DNA of 10,632 nucleotides from an uncultured archaeon (GTDB lineage Archaea; Asgardarchaeota; Thorarchaeia; Thorarchaeales; CAZPUN01): NCBI GenBank assembly GCA_964589775.1, contig CAZPUN010000052.1, positions 1 to 10,632 of the forward strand, read 5' to 3'. Shown piece by piece: positions 7,201 to 10,632 of this stretch (position 1 is its first letter; each line of letters starts with the position of its first letter). The notes under the pieces were generated by a model. It saw only the letters and a program-made list of their open reading frames with translations, ran no database searches and was not told where the DNA came from. The position numbers and the translations under genes were made by a program.

Positions 7201-9115
7201 TTCAATCTCAGTATATTATAATCCAGCTCAGCTAATTATGAATAATTATACGGCATATATATCAACAAGTGGTTGGGATATTGGCATATATACTATGAAA
7301 ATTGAAATAAAACACAATTACTATGTGAATAAAGAAATAATTCAGGATTTTGTACTTCATGGATATCTAAAAGTCGAAATGTTCACACCAAGCAGTGTAA
7401 TACGTGGAGAAAATATTACACTGGACCTTTATGTTACCGATGTAAATCAAATACCATTTGAACCAGATAATGTCACCATTCTATTATCATCTGATGCAGG
7501 ATATTCAAAAGAAATCATATTAAATAATTCACAATATGGTTCATATAGCCTAAACATATCCACATCTGATATGCCCATAGGCAAATTATTTATTCAAGCT
7601 ACCGCACACAGCTCATTTACGGATATCGCAACTGCAGTTAATACGGTTAGTATTAAAGATTACATGAACATTACAGTTTTTGGTCCGGGAATTTCAATGC
7701 AGCCAATTACCCAGGGTGAAACATTACATCTCAAAGTAAATCTTCAAACAGCATATGGAGCTCCCATGTCGGGTGGTTCAGTGATGCTTTCATTCGCCGG
7801 AAAATTCTATACATGTACGGATATGCGAAATGGCTCATATATTGTAGAAATAGCAACTACGAATTGGAACGCAGGGTTCCACCCATTCATAATTCATGCA
7901 TCCCATCCATATGGTATTTCTGCTTCAAAGAATAGCACCTTATTCATAATGGGTGAAATGAATCTTGATGTTGTACTCGGTAGCGATTCAGTTTATCAGA
8001 ATGGGCAACTCAGATTTTTAGTTTATGCTACTGATAAATATGGTACGGGCATTCAAACTGCACAAATTCAAGCTTATCTCGCAGGTCAGCAATTCACATT
8101 AGAACATGTCGATAGAAATATCTATCAAGGAATAATTAATGTCGGAAATCTTTACCATGGAACTTACAACCTGACAATTCATGCAATCGCACAAGGATAT
8201 TCATCAAAAACAGTCACAACTCAGATTGAAATTTTAGTTCAAATGCCCAATGTCTCCATGGATCCACCAACTTTTGGAACTTTAATGGGTATCTCAATTT
8301 TAATTTCTATAATTGGTTTGTACATCTATTACTTAATTTCAAGACGGTTGAGACTGACAAGAGAAAAAGATATTGAAGATCTCGAGAAATCCCTGAAGTC
8401 TTTGGATATTCTTTATGTGGTGCTGCTAATAATTTCAGGAATTCTAGGAGGTGCCGCATACCTACTGGCAAATATGCAACATTACTCAATTTCAATCTCA
8501 ATAGCCGCTCTATTACTTCTACTAATAATCGCACTATATGCACTATGGCTCTATCGTGATGTGAATAGCTTCATGGCTCATGAGAAATTCCGGATATCTC
8601 GTGCGCTCTTAGGCCTGTGGCACTTGTTGCTAGTACCAATCATAATTTACGGAATATTTGAGTGGGGCCATAATATCGAATGGTTCAGCTATTATGTATT
8701 AGGCGATATACTCCACATTGGAAATCTCATAATTCCCAAACTGTACATTAACTTAATGGGTACTTATGTAACTACAATGGTCTTGGTGGTCATCCTAACA
8801 TATAAGAATCTAGTCGAGGACATTCATAGAATTAAGCATATGAAAGGCGAAGGTACGCCTAATTCAGTTATCATCTCGGAGAAAATTAGAACAATTTCAA
8901 AGGCATTAGATTCAATCCGAATTAAGATGTTGATCTTTCTCGCAATACTCGGAGTTTCTGTCGTTACAACAATGGATGTCTTCAGATTTATGCAATTGGG
9001 TATAATTATATTGACTCCACTATTACTAATCGTTGTTTTGCCATGGATTGTCTATAAGGTCCTCTCAGTTGTTAGAGCGTTCAGAAGAATAATATTTAGA
9101 AGTGAAAACACATAA
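4253..9115 (+). CDS. Large cell-surface protein: signal peptide, FG-GAP/VCBS-like beta-propeller regions, Ig-like repeats and a C-terminal 7-TM domain (1620 aa)
   Basis: Signal-like MKWKNGMIIFLITLMFISF. DxNxDG..(D/E)-type loops: GDFLGNSVDQI, DFDNDDKDEI, DYNNDGYMDL, GDFSADGVFDT, DLNNDGQHEI, DFNNDGEYEL. One Ig-like unit (DRVAPHV...SDSFGN) at ~5560-5875 and four ~100-aa Ig-like units at ~7065-8240. Seven hydrophobic segments at ~8270-9075. Confidence 0.92.
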   Translation: MKWKNGMIIFLITLMFISFQSPPSQNASPDLIFEDTSKKTQFNKTIASDRIWVNNYGLSSLERIFSGDPNLNGIYLLGKDTYGKDMIVFVNLITYEAQWNVTNLSIRRNIYGAPLIGLYDIYGVNISYLIGINDTTGFIISNDGNLETFDWDISSNVFQIGFDNFTKPTIYIAENNGTHNIINIIHNDDLTTVDAVHVINNTISSNDFVWTTTGDFLGNSVDQIAFMTKGGKGNLTIINGTDGTTLKIKNITITPDLITTSLDDDLDFLVSINATGDKYMDILLLQNGNLYLFGGYNFTQIINSTWVVSGWNFIDYKVCDFDNDDKDEIAVGSYSHDDRYGYVEIFEPLTMNTISNVGTELIYPNTFQVFDYNNDGYMDLLIADSVSAKILDVKNNKNIYESHEFSVVATGLGDFSADGVFDTIIGEKYDLTGFETDRVAPHVSEVTWSPKHPTQKDWEITIYAKIEDTSDIIAKVNYTLDYSFSYQSTTMNLIDTDNKIWSGKITDLSYVQSIQFKLVISDSFGNSVTVMNGTSPYSVDVLSEKIWENLIYNERLVHTDVFTYRINSDNMGVAIFYHNLKKLYGLKSSDGTQIFNRTFNMNGYIAEIMHAPLVSGNSTESFVIAFFNTTLNTLNVTLIDGLDGRYIRSMQYNSNASVIDMDYIYQSSGTIIYLTLSNNTVIAISENDLSIQNRLNSIDILYPGYTIEMIDIGNYLQLNSKSIVIYINNGTSVYALLTQQNLTIFAYKQVDIGNAVQFVKNINGERVELAKNVVGTLQSESIFVISYGFQFKVFSIDWTSANLYSCTITNAQLNSLTLFDLNNDGQHEIIIGYNNGTVGALDSNGKVIGSITGKPKAISAIRFVIIYHNLYSIIRTTDGNIYAISVSTSEIITDFATSSIPFGLFDVRDFNNDGEYELLCITNDYPVTVALLTDLNKYYMLRVSYTAPLDNVYQSSIIPVEISIKNYFGENIRDAEVTVIINNSISVYYNPAQLIMNNYTAYISTSGWDIGIYTMKIEIKHNYYVNKEIIQDFVLHGYLKVEMFTPSSVIRGENITLDLYVTDVNQIPFEPDNVTILLSSDAGYSKEIILNNSQYGSYSLNISTSDMPIGKLFIQATAHSSFTDIATAVNTVSIKDYMNITVFGPGISMQPITQGETLHLKVNLQTAYGAPMSGGSVMLSFAGKFYTCTDMRNGSYIVEIATTNWNAGFHPFIIHASHPYGISASKNSTLFIMGEMNLDVVLGSDSVYQNGQLRFLVYATDKYGTGIQTAQIQAYLAGQQFTLEHVDRNIYQGIINVGNLYHGTYNLTIHAIAQGYSSKTVTTQIEILVQMPNVSMDPPTFGTLMGISILISIIGLYIYYLISRRLRLTREKDIEDLEKSLKSLDILYVVLLIISGILGGAAYLLANMQHYSISISIAALLLLLIIALYALWLYRDVNSFMAHEKFRISRALLGLWHLLLVPIIIYGIFEWGHNIEWFSYYVLGDILHIGNLIIPKLYINLMGTYVTTMVLVVILTYKNLVEDIHRIKHMKGEGTPNSVIISEKIRTISKALDSIRIKMLIFLAILGVSVVTTMDVFRFMQLGIIILTPLLLIVVLPWIVYKVLSVVRAFRRIIFRSENT
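7065..8240 (+). repeat. Four tandem ~100-aa degenerate Ig-like (beta-sandwich) protein repeats
   Basis: Shared pattern per unit: VYQS / VIRG / ITQG / VYQN near the start, then NNYTAYISTSGWDIGIY / GSYSLNISTSDMPIGKL / GSYIVEIATTNWNAGFH / NIYQGIINVGNLYHGTY near the end. Confidence 0.75.
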
Positions 9116-9118
9116 TTT

Positions 9119-9140
9119 GGGAGAAAAATCTCCCTTTTTT
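9119..9140 (+). terminator. Hairpin plus T-tract terminator between convergent genes
   Basis: GGGAGA-AAAA-TCTCCC followed by TTTTTT, 3 nt after the stop of the 1620-aa gene. Confidence 0.65.
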
Positions 9141-9148
9141 ACCATTTT

Positions 9149-10189
9149 TTATTTTTTGCCAAGTAAAAATAATTTACCGATTTTTGTTTTATCAATATGC
9201 ATGGCAATTAAACTAGAAAACAAAAGACTGCCTATGAATAAAATCACGCCACTAAGTATTGCATAGAATATCGAATCAATTGCGAATAAAATACTGATTG
9301 GCATTAGCGCATATATGAATAGAGGATGAACTTCGTATATGATCTGTGATTTCATACCCAGGAATTTTGTATATTTTACAAACCCATGAGACATCGAACT
9401 AATTAGTGTAGAAATCGCAAATATAAGTATGGTTCCAATGCTTCCCGTGATTAATAGAATATATGCACTATGACCGTAAAATCCTTGAGCAATATCAACC
9501 CATCCATTATACTGAGACAAAATGACAAGTAAAGGAAATAGTATAATTATGGAAACAATTGCATTTTTTCTATTGCTGAAAAATCCTTGAATGTTTAGAT
9601 CTTTCATAAAATTTCCAACAAATACAAATGCCGTACAGAATAAAACAGCATCTAAATGCCAAGGTACAAGCTCCGGAGCAAATATTTGATTTACATAAAT
9701 ACCTAATGTTGATAATGCAATAATCAAAAAACCAACTATCCATTTTCTATTCCAAAATATTTTCTCAAGCGCAACAAATATTACGAATGAAAAGAACAAT
9801 GCAGATAAAAACCATAAATATGGTTGATTTAAGGATGGCCCATTACCATAGATAAATGCTACAGTCATTGCCTCGAAGGAAGAGGCATTAGGAAAGTATT
9901 GTGAGAAAAATGCCCAAATAATTAATATCATGCCATATAAGATAACATATGGAATTAATAGCTGACGCCCACGCTTTTGCAAATATATCTGAAGCTTATT
10001 ACGATATTTATTTCCATTATATGTGTATCCAGCGACAATGAAAAATAACGGAATATGAAATGAATATATGAAAATAGTGAGTATATTCACTGTAGGCATC
10101 AAAACATGTCCTATAATTACAAAGATAATCCCAAAACCCTTCGCAAGATCTAACCAATCATATCGATTTGACTTATTCGCAACGTCCAT
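9149..10189 (-). CDS. Acyltransferase family 3 (AT3, OafA/YkrP-like) membrane-bound O-acyltransferase, 346 aa
   Basis: Family motifs RYDWLDLAKGFGIIFVIIGH, FIYSFHIPLFFIVAGY, KRGRQLLIPY, LWFLSALF and LGMKSQIIYEVH, with about 10 hydrophobic segments. Confidence 0.93.
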   Translation of the reverse strand: MDVANKSNRYDWLDLAKGFGIIFVIIGHVLMPTVNILTIFIYSFHIPLFFIVAGYTYNGNKYRNKLQIYLQKRGRQLLIPYVILYGMILIIWAFFSQYFPNASSFEAMTVAFIYGNGPSLNQPYLWFLSALFFSFVIFVALEKIFWNRKWIVGFLIIALSTLGIYVNQIFAPELVPWHLDAVLFCTAFVFVGNFMKDLNIQGFFSNRKNAIVSIIILFPLLVILSQYNGWVDIAQGFYGHSAYILLITGSIGTILIFAISTLISSMSHGFVKYTKFLGMKSQIIYEVHPLFIYALMPISILFAIDSIFYAILSGVILFIGSLLFSSLIAMHIDKTKIGKLFLLGKK

Positions 10190-10367
10190 ATTTTCATCAT
10201 CTAAATTTAACTTAAATTCATTCTATATATAATGCCTTTAATTTTAAAGGATTTCTATAAGGCTTTTTGCCCTTTTGTGAAAATAATTGGTTCTATTCTA
10301 TTAATTCTGTAAATATTATTTAATTAGTATCTATCAAAAATTAAAAAATATGAATATAAAATTTAGC

Positions 10368-10631
10368 TTATCGCTTATAAGAAACAATGAGATGAATGTT
10401 GTGTTTTTCGGCAATTTCGACTGCACTGGGATGGATTGCAAATCCGAACATAAATGTACAGACTTCTTTACCTTCAAAGTATTTTAATATGAGCTCTAAA
10501 TTCTTGATGAATTGTTTCACATCCTTATTATAGATTCGATTCTTGGATTCGCCTATAATTATAATCTCTCGCCCGTCCTTGAGACCTTCACCGTAAAAAT
10601 TAATCTCAACCTCACGATTATCTACATATAT
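10368..10631 (-). CDS. C-terminal 87 aa of a PD-(D/E)XK nuclease-fold protein, partial, 5' end beyond the window
   Basis: Manual translation: IYVDNREVEINFYGEGLKDGREIIIIGESKNRIYNKDVKQFIKNLELILKYFEGKEVCTFMFGFAIHPSAVEIAEKHNIHLIVSYKR-stop (TAA at 10370-10368). EIN...IIGESK...DVKQF...AEKHNIHLI fits the restriction-endonuclease-like core found at the C-terminus of coiled-coil proteins of thermophiles. Confidence 0.75.
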   Translation of the reverse strand: MYVDNREVEINFYGEGLKDGREIIIIGESKNRIYNKDVKQFIKNLELILKYFEGKEVCTFMFGFAIHPSAVEIAEKHNIHLIVSYKR

Positions 10632-10632
10632 A

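Noticed and set aside
5423-8543. Three short minus-strand ORFs (5423..5617, 6583..6846, 8307..8543)
   Set aside because: All are antisense within the well-supported 1620-aa gene and show no motifs.
8552-8560. YRD at the cytoplasmic end of TM3, reminiscent of the class A GPCR DRY motif
   Set aside because: The order is reversed and a three-residue match is not evidence of homology. Other GPCR motifs (NPxxY, CWxP, disulfide cysteines) are absent.
10150-10200. Out-of-frame upstream ATGATG giving a 16-codon ORF overlapping the AT3 start
   Set aside because: Very short, with no RBS, and expected by chance.

Overview
AT-rich, archaeal-looking window (GGTGA/GGAGG ribosome-binding sites, TATA-like promoters, an archaeal-type AlaX-S gene, many N-X-S/T sequons in exported proteins). 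An Asgard-type archaeon is plausible, but this is inference only. Six protein genes: (1) a secreted right-handed beta-helix protein on the - strand running off the left edge (<1..1815, absent from the ORF track); (2) a ~480-aa exported or membrane protein with a putative clan CD (caspase/gingipain/CHAT-like) His-Cys domain, a long hydrophobic/amphipathic helical region and a Gly/Ser-rich tail ending RPPHLVIR; (3) AlaX-S tRNA-editing protein; (4) a 1620-aa surface protein with FG-GAP-type propeller regions, Ig-like repeats and a C-terminal seven-helix membrane domain with no cytoplasmic output domain; (5) an acyltransferase-3 family membrane protein; (6) the C-terminal end of a PD-(D/E)XK-like protein at the right edge (also absent from the track). 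The most notable items are the adhesion-receptor-like 7TM protein and the putative protease plus membrane-active payload protein. No RNA genes, CRISPR arrays or mobile elements were seen.
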